Assembly (NCBI GenBank): GCA_016218805.1
Contig: JACRCW010000043.1
Coordinates: 1-53,540, forward strand
Direction: 5' to 3'
DNA from: Deltaproteobacteria bacterium
GTDB lineage: Bacteria; Myxococcota; JACRCW01
DNA: 53,540 bases
Part shown: piece by piece, positions 29,370-39,672 of the stretch
How positions within the stretch are numbered: position 1 is the first letter of the stretch
Layout: every line of letters begins with the position of its first letter
Notes under the pieces: model-generated
Told to the model about the DNA's origin: nothing
The model's database searches: none
Seen by the model: only the letters and a program-made list of their open reading frames with translations
Made by a program: the position numbers and the translations under genes

Positions 29370-29457
29370 GCGGGAACCCGCGAAAAGAACCTGCGGGAAC
29401 CCGCGAAAAGAACCTGCGGGAACCCGCGAAAAGAACCTGCGGGAACCCGCGGAAAAA
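29370..29457. repeat. 23-bp perfect tandem repeat, 3 units plus a partial fourth
   Basis: GCGGGAACCCGCGAAAAGAACCT at 29370, 29393 and 29416; partial at 29439. Confidence 0.92.
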
Positions 29458-29490
29458 CGGGTGTGTCCCGCATGGTCTACTCCGTGCGCC

Positions 29491-29638
29491 CCCACCCCAG
29501 CCCTCCCCCCGTCGCCACTGACGCCATCCATCCCATGGCGTGCAACGACGGGGGGAGGGGGTCCCGCCGTGCTCCCTCCCCCCGCCTGGGTGACGTCGAC
29601 CAGCGAGCGAGGGCGGGGGGAGGGCGGGGGTGGGGGGC
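29491..29638. repeat. CCCTCCCCCC..GGGGGGAGGG palindromic REP-like cluster
   Basis: Two stem-loops in inverted arrangement, bounded by CCCACCCC and GGGGTGGG. Confidence 0.65.
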
Positions 29639-29707
29639 AGCCGTTGATCGTGTGGGACACACCCGGAAAAACGTGTGGAAACTGCGGAAACCAGAGGAGA
29701 CACGCGG

Positions 29708-32700
29708 TCATCCCTTGGCGGGCGTGTGCGGCTTGGAGATGAGCGGCTCCAGCGCGCGCGTCAGTTCCTCCAGCTCAAAGGGCTTGCCCACGCGCGTGTT
29801 GGGGACGGCTTCCAAAAAGCCGCGGGCCTCCGGGGTGAACGCGCCGGCGGTCATGAAGACAAACCGTGCCGCCAGCTCCGCGTCCAGGCGCCGGACCCGC
29901 TGGTACACCTCCATGCCGGTCACCTGCGGCATCATCAGGTCACACAGGACGGCATCAAACACCTGGCCGCCTTCAACGATGGAGACCGCCTCCTGGCCCC
30001 CGTGGGCCAGCTTGAGGTCAAACCGCTCTGACAGCATGCGCCGCAGCGCGGACACCACCATGGGGTCGTCGTCCACGATGAGCAGGCGTCCGCGCTGGGG
30101 CGCCACCTGCGGTTGCGGCGCGGGTGCCACGCGGGCACCGCCTTCCACGTGGCGGGCCAGGCGGACGGTGAAGGTGGTCCCCACGCCGCGCGCGGTGGTG
30201 ACGCTGATTTCGCCGCCGAACGACTCCACGATCCCGCGACAGATGGACAGCCCCAGGCCGGTTCCCTGGCCCATGGGCTTGGTGGTGAAGAACGGGTCAA
30301 AGATACGCGGGAGGTCCGCGTCCGCGATCCCGGTCCCCGTGTCGCGCACCTCCACGTAGACGTGGTCCGCGTCGGCGCGGCCGGTGACGCGCACCTCATG
30401 GTGCTCCGGGGCGCCTTCCGGAATGGCCTGCGCGGCGTTCAACAGCAGGTTGAGGAACACCTGGCCCAGCTTGCTGGGGCCGCCCCGCACGGCGGGCAGG
30501 TCCCCGTAAGCCCGCACCAGCGTGGCGCGGTGCTGGATTTCGCGCCGCGCCACGGACAGGGCGGCGTCCAGCGCAGCGGGCACGTCCGCCGTGCCCACCG
30601 CGTCATCGTCAGGGCGGGCCAGCATCCGCAGGTCCGCCACAATGTCGCGCACGCGTTCGGCGCCTTTGCGCGCGTCCGTCAGCGCCCCGCCCAGGTCTTC
30701 CAGGCGGGTGCGCACCTCCGCCAGCGACCCGAGCCGCTGGGCCGCCCCCAGCTGCTGGGACACGTAGTCCACGTTGGCCAGCACGTAGGACAGCGGGTTG
30801 TTGATCTCATGCGCCACGCCGGTGGCCAGCGTGCCCACCGCCACCATGCGGTCCGCCTGCATGGCGCGCGCGGCCAGTTGGCGTTGCTCAGTGACGTCAC
30901 GCGCCAGGGACACCACCGCCGGCGCTCCGCCAAACCCGGCCAACAGTTCCACCACCTCCACCGTGACTTGGGCGCCGTCCGCGCAGGTGAGGCGCAGGTC
31001 CTTGGCGGTGGAGGGGACCCCCGTATCCCAGACGGCCCGCACGCGCCCCGCGGCCGCCTCCCAGTCCCGCGGATGGACCAGCTCCTTCATCCGGCGCCCC
31101 AGCAGCGCGTCCGCGTTGGGATAGCGCAGGATGCGCACCGCCGCCGCGTTGACAAACACCACGCGCCCCTCCCGGTAGATGCAGATACCGTCGGTGGAGG
31201 CGTCAATGACGGCGCGGAAGTCCGCTTCAAAGCGGCGGCGCGCGGCCTCGCTCTCCAGGCGCGCCGTGACGTCCAACAGGTAGCCCGAATAGCCCGTGAG
31301 CTGCCCGTACTCGTCCCGGTGGGCCGTGGTGTGGTCATCCACCCAGCGCGTGTGCCCGTCCGGGCAGACCAGCCGGTAGGTGTGCTGGCGGAAGGCCCCC
31401 TCGGTGGGGGGTTCACTGCCCGGCAGCAGGCCGTCCGCCGGGTCCACCAGGTCCGTGAACTTCACGCGTCCCTTCACCAGCGCCGCGGCGGTGAACCCCC
31501 ACTGCTCAATGTTGGGCGACACGTATTCAATCGTACGCCCCTCATCATTGGACCAGCGGAACGCCACCACCGGGCCGCCCAGGAGCATTCCGCGCTCCCG
31601 CGCGATGGTCTCCTCAGCGTGGAGGCGCTCCAGCGCCGTGGCCAGCGCGCGGCACAGCACCTCCACAAACGCCCGGTCCGGCGACGTGTCTGCCCGGTGG
31701 TCCAGGTAGAGGTTGACCACTCCCAGCACGCGGCTGCCCACCACAATGGGCGCAATGAGGTGACCGTGCGGTGGGTCATCCGGGTGCAGCTCATGGAGCG
31801 GGTCCCGGCTGCTGGAGGTGAGGGTCTGTCCGGACTGGGCCACGCGGCCGCACAGGCAGCGCCCCAGCGGCAGGCGCTGGCAGTCCCGCTGCACGTTCTC
31901 CGCCAGGCCGCGCTGCGCGCGCAGCACCAGCGTGTTCTGGTCCGGGTCCACCAGGAAGATGGCGCCGCGCGGCTGCACGCCCAGGCCCGGCACCGCCAGC
32001 ACGGCGTCCAGCCCGCGCTCCAGGAAGTCCTGCACGGAGGACGCCTCCAGCGCCAGGCCCAGCAGCGTGCGGAGGGCGGCCTCGCGGCGGGACTGGTCCA
32101 GCAGGCGCGCCAGGGCGCGGGAGCGCTCCACCGCCAGGCTGACGTGGTGGGCCACCGTGGAGCACACCGCCACGTCCCGCTGCGCCAGCGGCGGGTCACC
32201 GGCCGGCCGGAACAGCACCAGCGTGCCCACGGCCTTGTCGCCTTGGAGCAGGGGCAGCATGGCCAGCAGCCGCAGCACGTCCCGCGCGAGCACGCCGCCC
32301 AGCGCCGCCAGTGCGGCTTCCGGGGAGGGCTCGCCACCCGGGACCCACGGGTGGAACCCGTCCAGCGCGGTCCGGACGGCCGGGGGCACCCCGCGCACCG
32401 CGTGGACGCGCGCGTGCCCGTCCGGGCCCACCAGCAGCACCGCTGAGCGGTTCACGCCCAGCAGCCGGTCCAGCGCATCCAGGGCGGTGGGGAGGATTTC
32501 CGCCACGTTCTCCGTCCCCGCAATGCGTGCCGCCAGGTCATGCAGGACGCCCACTTCTTCCGTGCGCCGCCGCGCCTCCTCCTCGGCGGCGGCGCGGCGC
32601 GTGATGTCGCGCAGCGTGCCGCTGAAGCCCGCCGGATGCCCCTCCTCGTCGCGGATCAGGCGCGCTTCAAACTCCACCAGGCGCGGCTCATCCCCGCGCC

Positions 32701-32974
32701 GCAGCAGGTGCACCGTCTGGAACACGCCGTCCAGGTCACCGCCCAGCAGGCGTTGGATTTGTGCCGCGTGCGTGGGCCGGTCCGCAGGGTGGACCGCGCC
32801 CATGCAGTCCGAGCCCACCGTGGCGTCCACGGTGTCCCCGGAGAGCGCCTCCCACGACGGGCTCAGGTAGACCCACCGCCGCAGCCGGTCCACGCGGAAC
32901 ACCACGTCCCGGACCTGGGACAGCAGTTCCAGCGCGTCCAGCGCGTACCAACTGGGGTGGGTCTTGGAAGGCAC
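29708..32974 (-). CDS. Hybrid sensor histidine kinase (PAS-GAF-GAF-PAS-PAS-HK-REC)
   Basis: GVAHEINNPL H-box, QVFLNLLLNAAQA, DTGTG, FFTTK, GTGLGL, C-terminal receiver LCDLMMP. Confidence 0.93.
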   Translation of the reverse strand: MPSKTHPSWYALDALELLSQVRDVVFRVDRLRRWVYLSPSWEALSGDTVDATVGSDCMGAVHPADRPTHAAQIQRLLGGDLDGVFQTVHLLRRGDEPRLVEFEARLIRDEEGHPAGFSGTLRDITRRAAAEEEARRRTEEVGVLHDLAARIAGTENVAEILPTALDALDRLLGVNRSAVLLVGPDGHARVHAVRGVPPAVRTALDGFHPWVPGGEPSPEAALAALGGVLARDVLRLLAMLPLLQGDKAVGTLVLFRPAGDPPLAQRDVAVCSTVAHHVSLAVERSRALARLLDQSRREAALRTLLGLALEASSVQDFLERGLDAVLAVPGLGVQPRGAIFLVDPDQNTLVLRAQRGLAENVQRDCQRLPLGRCLCGRVAQSGQTLTSSSRDPLHELHPDDPPHGHLIAPIVVGSRVLGVVNLYLDHRADTSPDRAFVEVLCRALATALERLHAEETIARERGMLLGGPVVAFRWSNDEGRTIEYVSPNIEQWGFTAAALVKGRVKFTDLVDPADGLLPGSEPPTEGAFRQHTYRLVCPDGHTRWVDDHTTAHRDEYGQLTGYSGYLLDVTARLESEAARRRFEADFRAVIDASTDGICIYREGRVVFVNAAAVRILRYPNADALLGRRMKELVHPRDWEAAAGRVRAVWDTGVPSTAKDLRLTCADGAQVTVEVVELLAGFGGAPAVVSLARDVTEQRQLAARAMQADRMVAVGTLATGVAHEINNPLSYVLANVDYVSQQLGAAQRLGSLAEVRTRLEDLGGALTDARKGAERVRDIVADLRMLARPDDDAVGTADVPAALDAALSVARREIQHRATLVRAYGDLPAVRGGPSKLGQVFLNLLLNAAQAIPEGAPEHHEVRVTGRADADHVYVEVRDTGTGIADADLPRIFDPFFTTKPMGQGTGLGLSICRGIVESFGGEISVTTARGVGTTFTVRLARHVEGGARVAPAPQPQVAPQRGRLLIVDDDPMVVSALRRMLSERFDLKLAHGGQEAVSIVEGGQVFDAVLCDLMMPQVTGMEVYQRVRRLDAELAARFVFMTAGAFTPEARGFLEAVPNTRVGKPFELEELTRALEPLISKPHTPAKG

Positions 32975-33020
32975 GGGCTCCTCTCCATGGCGCGCCCCTC
33001 ACGCCGTCCGGGGCCGCCCC

Positions 33021-34271
33021 TCAGCTGGCGGCGGCACACGCCGTACCGGCAGCGGCCGGGTCGGACAGCACCAGCGTACCGTGACCGGGTGGCAGCGCCA
33101 CGCAGTTACGGCCCGCGCGCTTGGCCGCGTACACCGCGGCGTCTGCGTCCCGCAGCAGGTCCGCCACGCTGCCCATCTGGGGCGTGCGCTGCGCCACGCC
33201 AATGCTCACGCTCCCCATCCACGCCCCAGTGCGGACCGGGACGCGCAGCGCCGCCACCGCGGCGCGGGTCTGTTCCGCCGCCAGACGGCCGCCCTCCAGG
33301 TCCGTCCCGGGACAGATGATGAGGAACTCGTCACCGCCCAGCCGGCACACCACATCGTCGGTGCGGACCGCGTGCCGCAGCTCGCGGGCCAGCACGCGCA
33401 ACACGCGGTCACCGGCCTCGTGTCCAAAGGTGTCATTGACGGGTTTGAAGCCGTCCGCGTCCACCATTATGCACGCCAGCGGCGTCCCGGCACTGAGGGA
33501 TTCCGCCCACAGCTGCTCCAGGCGGTGCAGCGCGTGACGGCGGTTGGGCAGCCCGGTCAGCACGTCCGTCGTCGCCAGTTCCTCCAGGTGCGCGTTGGCC
33601 TCCGCAAGCTGCGCGCCCAGCCGGCGGGACTCCTCGCGCTCCGCCTCCACGCGGCGCACCAGCGCCAGCAGCTCGCGGTTGGCCTCCGTCAGTGCCCGCG
33701 TCCGCTCCTCCACGCGCGCCGCCAGGGTCCGGTTGAGGTCCACCAACGCGTGATTGCGGGACCACACCAGGTGGAACAGCCCCTCCACCGCACGCAGCAG
33801 CGGCGTCGTCGCGTCGGCGCAACGCTCTTTCTCGCGGGCGGCTGCCTCGTGCGGGGACAGGCCCTCGGCAACGGCCGCCACCTGCCGCGCCAACGACTGG
33901 TCCGACCCCAGGATGTGGTAGGCGAGCCAATGAACCAGGAAGTCCATCAGCGCCTTCCCCGCGCTGGAGTCGTCCGTTGCGCTGCGCATCTGGACGACTT
34001 CCGCCAGGAATGACTCGTGCTCGTGACGGTGGACCGCCTGGTAGGCCCGGTCCAGGCCGGCCGTCGCCATCAGGTCTTCCTCGCTCTTGAAGTGGTAGCG
34101 GGCGTAGTCCGCCAGGGCCAGGAACAGGTGGTCCACTTCCGCCTGCGCCGCGTGGCCCTGGCCGTCCACCAGGTCGCCAAAGCGGTTGAGGAGCACCACC
34201 AGCGAACGGTGCTGCGCGTCAATCTCCGCGTGTCCGGTCTCAAAGTGCCGATCCCAGTGGAAGGACTCCAT
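33021..34271 (-). CDS. Bacteriohemerythrin-GGDEF diguanylate cyclase
   Basis: IDAQH, YHFKSEE, HRHEH, WLAYHILGSD; coiled coil; RTDD and RLGGDEF. Confidence 0.92.
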   Translation of the reverse strand: MESFHWDRHFETGHAEIDAQHRSLVVLLNRFGDLVDGQGHAAQAEVDHLFLALADYARYHFKSEEDLMATAGLDRAYQAVHRHEHESFLAEVVQMRSATDDSSAGKALMDFLVHWLAYHILGSDQSLARQVAAVAEGLSPHEAAAREKERCADATTPLLRAVEGLFHLVWSRNHALVDLNRTLAARVEERTRALTEANRELLALVRRVEAEREESRRLGAQLAEANAHLEELATTDVLTGLPNRRHALHRLEQLWAESLSAGTPLACIMVDADGFKPVNDTFGHEAGDRVLRVLARELRHAVRTDDVVCRLGGDEFLIICPGTDLEGGRLAAEQTRAAVAALRVPVRTGAWMGSVSIGVAQRTPQMGSVADLLRDADAAVYAAKRAGRNCVALPPGHGTLVLSDPAAAGTACAAAS

Positions 34272-34625
34272 GTGTGCGCCGTCCTCTCCGGGCGAGTTGC
34301 CCTGTCCCCGCCGTCGTCGCGTTGTTCGCCGCGATTAAGGGCGGCATGGGGGCGGTGGCCCTGAACCCAGGCGGGACGGAGATGACGGGATTTCCAAGCG
34401 GAAATTCCAATGCACGGCCACGCTTCCGCTCGCTCGCTGTGGCCGCCGCCGCGTCGTTGCGGCTATGGCGGCAGGATTTCTCGGCGGCGTGCCAGGGGGT
34501 GGAGGGACCGACTTCGTCGGTCAGTGGGGAAGGAGGGGAGTCAGGCCGGCGCCCGGCGGGGACGCCGGGCCTACAGCTACCTACTGCTGCGACGTAAGTG
34601 GAGACCGACGAGTACTCCCTTGCAC

Positions 34626-35072
34626 TCAGTCCACGTCGTAAAGGCGCTTGGCGCAGGCTGGACAGAATCCATGCGTGAAGTGCGCCTTGGAGCGGTGGCT
34701 GACGTAGGCCTCCACCGCATGCCAGTTGCCCTCCTCATCACGGATCTGCTTGCAGGAGGAACAAATGGGCAACAGGCCGTGAAGCTCTTTGACCTCGGAG
34801 AGCGCTTTGGCCAACGCCGCGTTGGACTCCGCCAGCAACTCCCGCGTCCGCTCCAACCGCAGGATGACCTTGAAATGCGCGGCAATGTTCGGCGCCGCCA
34901 CCAGCGCCGGAATGGCCAGGGCCATCAGGGTCGCCCGCGGCTCCAGGTCCCGCCCGGTGAGAAACCGCAGCGCCGCTTCCAAAGAAACCGACGCGCCGCA
35001 CACCAGCGCTGTCATCAGCGCCGTTGCACGCCACCGCCCCGCCCACCTGAGAAGCTGCACGATCATGCGCAA
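34626..35072 (-). CDS. Small membrane protein with a C-terminal LLPICxxCK...HGxCPxC putative Zn-binding domain
   Basis: Two hydrophobic segments, coiled coil, GLLPICSSCKQIRDEEGNW...FTHGFCPAC. Confidence 0.8.
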   Translation of the reverse strand: MRMIVQLLRWAGRWRATALMTALVCGASVSLEAALRFLTGRDLEPRATLMALAIPALVAAPNIAAHFKVILRLERTRELLAESNAALAKALSEVKELHGLLPICSSCKQIRDEEGNWHAVEAYVSHRSKAHFTHGFCPACAKRLYDVD

Positions 35073-35153
35073 AGACCATCCCAGCCGGAAGAAAGGGAAT
35101 CAAACCAACTCCGCGCGGCCGTGAGCGCCCGGCGCGTGCCTGGCGCAGCAACA

Positions 35154-35888
35154 CTACCCGGCGAAGATGGCCCCGGACTTCACGCACGTGGCGGTGGCCA
35201 TCTTGAACACGTTTCCCAGCGGCATGAACTGCTCCGCGGTGGCCTTGGGCAGCGCGTCACGGGTGAACGCAATGACGGAGAGCAGCGTGCCCTCCATGTA
35301 CGCAGCGCCAATGCCGAACACCGTCTTCACCTGGTGCTGCTTCACAAAGTCCTGCGCCGGGATGATCTGCCGCCCTTGCTGGTCTGTGGAAGTGGCGGCG
35401 TCCTCCACGTAGAACACGCCGGCCAGCAGGCCCTTGCGAACGTCAATGCCCTGCGAGGGCCGGTCCAACCACCCAAGCCCCGCACCGATGTCATCCAGCA
35501 GCCGCGCGATCATGGGAATGGCCGAGACGAACACCGACCCGGCGAGCGGAATGCCGACGTGGCCCTTGGATTTCCGCCGGTCATTCCAGTCCGCCTCCAC
35601 CCCGCATGTCCCCAGCAGCGACAGCACGGGTGTCTCCGGTTTCAACAGGTGCGGCACGCCCTTGCTGCTCAGCAGCGCCTCCACAAACGCCTTGTTGGGC
35701 GCTGGCAAAGACCGGAACGGCACGCTGGCATAGACGCGGGCCAGCACGAGTGACTCCTTGAACTGCGTGTACAGGCCGTCCGTGCACGCCTGGGCCGCCT
35801 GCTCCAGGCTGGCGCAGCCGTGCATCTTGGCCTGGAGCGCATCAAACGTCCGGCCCAACGCCGGCCTGTCAACACCCGCTATCTTCAT
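35154..35888 (-). CDS. Hypothetical protein, possibly GAF-like
   Basis: ggag RBS, MKIAGVDRP start, globular composition. Confidence 0.72.
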   Translation of the reverse strand: MKIAGVDRPALGRTFDALQAKMHGCASLEQAAQACTDGLYTQFKESLVLARVYASVPFRSLPAPNKAFVEALLSSKGVPHLLKPETPVLSLLGTCGVEADWNDRRKSKGHVGIPLAGSVFVSAIPMIARLLDDIGAGLGWLDRPSQGIDVRKGLLAGVFYVEDAATSTDQQGRQIIPAQDFVKQHQVKTVFGIGAAYMEGTLLSVIAFTRDALPKATAEQFMPLGNVFKMATATCVKSGAIFAG

Positions 35889-36185
35889 GGGTTCTCCTTG
35901 CCCCCCAAGCGGAGCCTCGGCCTCCCGGGGCGATTTGTCAAACAGGTTGTCCTCTGTCCGCCTCACGCGTCCCGGCCGCACGGATTGCATGCAGCGGGGC
36001 CGTCGCGGCGAAGAAACTCCTGGCTGGCGCTGATGCTTCGCGCTCCCGGCGGAAACGCAAGCTTCAGTGAGCCCGGCCCATGCACCGGCCGGTATGGGCG
36101 GCTGAACGTGGGGTGGGGAGCGGGAGTTGCCATGGCCGTCTCAAGGCCAACAAGCGGGGCACCCAGACCCGGCGGCGGGCGGCCA

Positions 36186-36512
36186 ATGAAACCGAACCGC
36201 GGGTTTGCGCAGTTTGAACACTTTGTCCTGCGTGTGGCTGGGAACGTGTCGCTCGCCCGGGAGCCGGACGTGAAGGGCACTCCGCGGGCACCGGCGTTTC
36301 CGGCGGGTGCAGAACTGCGGGCGCTGGTGGCAGCGTTCCTGAAAGCCCGTCCGGAGGATGAACGGCGCGTCTATGACGCACGCTATGAGCAGGGGGACAC
36401 GCAGACCCAAGCGGCTGCACGCCTGCACCTCAACCGGATCACCGTCCGGCGGGTGGAGGCGCGGCTGAAGACGGCATTTGTCCGCTTCCTGCTCCAGCGC
36501 GATGGCCGGTGA
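36186..36512 (+). CDS. Sigma-70 region-4-like HTH protein, possibly a truncated ECF sigma factor
   Basis: ERRVYDARYEQGDTQTQAAARLHLNRITVRRVEARL. Start is uncertain. Confidence 0.6.
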   Translation: MKPNRGFAQFEHFVLRVAGNVSLAREPDVKGTPRAPAFPAGAELRALVAAFLKARPEDERRVYDARYEQGDTQTQAAARLHLNRITVRRVEARLKTAFVRFLLQRDGR

Positions 36513-36551
36513 GGTGTGGGAGTGCGCTCCGTTCGCCAGCCCCAACCAGGT

Positions 36552-37010
36552 TCACGCTTGCAGCGGGTCCCGCAACAGCAGTTTTCCCAGCCGGGAGGGT
36601 GGAGGCCCATGGGGGTCATCCACGCTCGCCAGGGCACTCAGCGCCGCGTCCACGCGGTCCAGCAGTACGCGCGCGCGGAACGGCTTGGTCACGTAGTCGT
36701 TGGCGCCGGCGTGCTCCGCCGCCAGGACTTCCTCGCGCGACACGTGGCCGGTCACCATGATGATGTATGGGAGCGCGCCGCGCCGCAGTGCGCGCACGCG
36801 ACGGACCACCTCCAGCCCATCCAGCCCGGGCATCCCCCAGTCCAGCAACGCCAGCGTGGGCGCATCCGGCCCCAGCAGCAGCCGCAACGCTGCGTCGCCG
36901 TCACGCGCCTCAACCACATCCTGGAAGCGCGGCCGCAGCAGCGTTGTCATGAGCCTCCGGTTGCTGTCGCAATCATCCGCTACAAGCAGCATGGCACCCT
37001 TGGACCTCAT
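36552..37010 (-). CDS. Single-domain response regulator
   Basis: LLVADD, LLDWGMPGLDG, IIMVT, GANDYVTKPF. Confidence 0.88.
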   Translation of the reverse strand: MRSKGAMLLVADDCDSNRRLMTTLLRPRFQDVVEARDGDAALRLLLGPDAPTLALLDWGMPGLDGLEVVRRVRALRRGALPYIIMVTGHVSREEVLAAEHAGANDYVTKPFRARVLLDRVDAALSALASVDDPHGPPPSRLGKLLLRDPLQA

Positions 37011-37207
37011 GCCCCACCTCCCGCCGCATCCCGTCCCCGGCGTCCTCCGCCTCTTCTACGTGACGTCGGCACGTTTGTGCACGGCCGGAAGGGCGCCCGT
37101 CCATGGTTCCTGCTTACGCTACGGCACCATGCTAAGTCGCCGGGACGCTTCGGTTGTTCCCCTCCCGCGCAGGGGCCGCTGGCTTCCGGGCCCTTGGGGA
37201 TCTTGAA

Positions 37208-39475
37208 ATGACCTCGCCTGATGAACGTCCGTTGGCGCTCACGGTTGGGGACGTCCACCTGCTGCTGGCCGCCAGCCCAGACGCGCTGGTGGTGGTGGGG
37301 TCCACCGGCACCATCACCGCCGCCAATGCCGTGGCCGAGCGCTTGTTTGGCGTGGAACACGGTGAACTGCATGGTCGTTCCGTGCATGAGCTGGTGCCCC
37401 TGGAGCGCCGTGACGCGCACCGGTCCCACCTGGCGGCCTACTTTGCGGAGCCGGGTACGCGCCGGATGGGGCAGTCCATTCGCTGCCAGGGGGTCCGCGC
37501 GGACGGGTTGGTGGTTCCGCTGGACATCCTGTTGTGCCCGGTGGTCACACCGGCGGGACCGGCGGCGCTGGCGGCCATTCGGGATCTGACGGACCGCACC
37601 CAGATGGAGCACGCGCTGCGCGCCAGCGAGGAGCGGCTGCGCCAGGCGGCGCAGTTGGCCCGGTTGGGGACGTGGGAGCTGGACCTGCAGACCGACACGC
37701 GGACCTATTCGCCGGAACTGCTGGAGTTGCTGGGGCTGGCTGCGCCCCACGCTTCTACGGCCGCGTTCATGGAGGCAGTCCACCCGGATGACCGGGCGGC
37801 GCTGTCCGCGGCCATGCGTGCCGCGTTGGGGGGCGGGAACCCATACCGCGCGCGGGTGCGCCTGCGGCACGTGGCGGGGGTGTGGCGGACGTTTGAGACC
37901 AGCGCGGCGGAGGTCACCACGCCGGACGGGCGGCGGCTGTTGCGCGGCATTGTGCAGGACGTCACCCAACGCGTCACCGCGGAGGCGGAAGCGGAGCGCG
38001 CGCGGGCGCATTGGGATGCGGTGGTGCGGCATTCGCCGGATTGGATTGCCACATTGGACCGCCAGGGCGTGGTGTTGTCCGCCAACCGGGGGCCCACGCC
38101 GGACAGCGTGGAGTCCAGCGTGGTGGGCCGCCCCTTCACGGACGTCCTGGCCGGGGACTGCCACGCGGCCTTCCGCACCGCGCTGGCGGCGGTATTTGAC
38201 CGGGGCGAACCCGCCGCCGTGGACCTGGTGCACCTCCATCCGGAGGGCGAGCGGCGCTTCTACCAGACGCTCCTGGGCCCGGTGCGCGAAGGAGACGCCG
38301 TGGCGTTGGTCATGGCCACCTCCCGCGATGTGACCGCCCAGCGCCGGCTGGAGAGCCAGCTGGTGGCGGCGGACCGCCTGGTGGCCATGGGCATGCTGGC
38401 GGCCGGCGTAGCCCACGAGGTGAACAACCCGCTGTCCGCCCTGTTCTGCAGCCTGGAACTGGCCCAGTCCGAGCTGGCGGCACATGCCGGCGGGGCGGTC
38501 CCCACCGCGCTGGTGGGAGAGCCGCTGCGTGATGCCCAGGCCGCGGCCGAGGCCATCCGCGGCGTGGTGACGGACCTGCGCACGTTTGCGCGGAGCGGCG
38601 AGGACCGCCCGGAAGTGGTGGACATCCAGCGGGCGCTGGAGCCCGCGCTGCGCCTGGGCATGCACCAGCTCCGCGTGCGCGCCCGGCTGGTGGTGGACCG
38701 CGGCCCCACCCCGCCGGTGCTGGGGAGCGCATCCCGGCTGGGCCAGGTGTTCCTCAACCTGCTCATCAATGCCGCGCAGGCCATCCCGCCCGGCCGGCCA
38801 GAGCACGAGCAGGTCCGCGTGAGGACGTCCACATCCGCGGAGGGGGCCGCCGTGGTGGAGGTGAGCGACACCGGCGCAGGCATGACGGCCGCAACCATGG
38901 GCCGCCTGTTCACGCCCTTCTTCACCACCAAGCCGCCCGGCCAGGGCAGCGGACTGGGGCTGGCGGTGAGCCACCGCATCGTCCGGGACCTGGGCGGCGA
39001 GTTGACGGTGGACTCCACGCCCGGCGGTGGCACCGTCTTCCGCGTGGTGCTGCCGGCGGCGTCGCACCGCGCACCGCCGGACCCCGGCGCGCCAGAGCCG
39101 CCGGCACGCCGGGGCCGGGTGCTGGTGGTGGACGACGATCCGCTGCTCACGCGCGCCGTGGCCCGGACGCTGGGCCATGCGCTTGAGCTGACAACCCTCC
39201 AGTCCGGGCGGCGGGCGCTGGAACGGCTGGCCGGCGGCGAGCGCTTTGACGTCATCCTGTGCGACCTGATGATGCCGGAGTTCAGCGGCATGGAGCTCTA
39301 CCGGCAGTTGCGCGCGGCAGCGCCGGAGATGGCGGACCGCGTGGTCTTCCTCACGGGCGGCGCCGTCACCCCGGCGGCAACGGACTTCCTGGCGCAGGTG
39401 CCCAATGCGCGCGTGCAAAAGCCATTTGATGCTGAGGCGCTGCGGCAGCTGGTGGCCGCGCGGGTGCGCGCCTGA
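37208..39475 (+). CDS. Hybrid sensor histidine kinase (3 PAS-HK-REC)
   Basis: GVAHEVNNPL, NAAQA, DTGAG, FFTTK, GSGLGL, receiver LCDLMMP. Confidence 0.93.
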   Translation: MTSPDERPLALTVGDVHLLLAASPDALVVVGSTGTITAANAVAERLFGVEHGELHGRSVHELVPLERRDAHRSHLAAYFAEPGTRRMGQSIRCQGVRADGLVVPLDILLCPVVTPAGPAALAAIRDLTDRTQMEHALRASEERLRQAAQLARLGTWELDLQTDTRTYSPELLELLGLAAPHASTAAFMEAVHPDDRAALSAAMRAALGGGNPYRARVRLRHVAGVWRTFETSAAEVTTPDGRRLLRGIVQDVTQRVTAEAEAERARAHWDAVVRHSPDWIATLDRQGVVLSANRGPTPDSVESSVVGRPFTDVLAGDCHAAFRTALAAVFDRGEPAAVDLVHLHPEGERRFYQTLLGPVREGDAVALVMATSRDVTAQRRLESQLVAADRLVAMGMLAAGVAHEVNNPLSALFCSLELAQSELAAHAGGAVPTALVGEPLRDAQAAAEAIRGVVTDLRTFARSGEDRPEVVDIQRALEPALRLGMHQLRVRARLVVDRGPTPPVLGSASRLGQVFLNLLINAAQAIPPGRPEHEQVRVRTSTSAEGAAVVEVSDTGAGMTAATMGRLFTPFFTTKPPGQGSGLGLAVSHRIVRDLGGELTVDSTPGGGTVFRVVLPAASHRAPPDPGAPEPPARRGRVLVVDDDPLLTRAVARTLGHALELTTLQSGRRALERLAGGERFDVILCDLMMPEFSGMELYRQLRAAAPEMADRVVFLTGGAVTPAATDFLAQVPNARVQKPFDAEALRQLVAARVRA

Positions 39476-39672
39476 GCCCGCGCGGTGGATGCTGGCCTTC
39501 CCAGGTTTGCCGGTGCGGCGAATCAGGCCGCCCGCCGTTCCAGGGCTTCACCAGGCGCCAAGCCATGGACGCGGCGGTGGCTCACACGAAATGTCAGGGA
39601 CGATCGACCGGTTGACTGCCCGGGCGCTACAACCCGCGTGACCACGCAGTCTCGCAACGAGGCCCCTTCCAA

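Noticed and set aside
29370..29457. Possible CRISPR array
   Set aside because: Repeats are directly adjacent with no spacers, and no cas genes are present.
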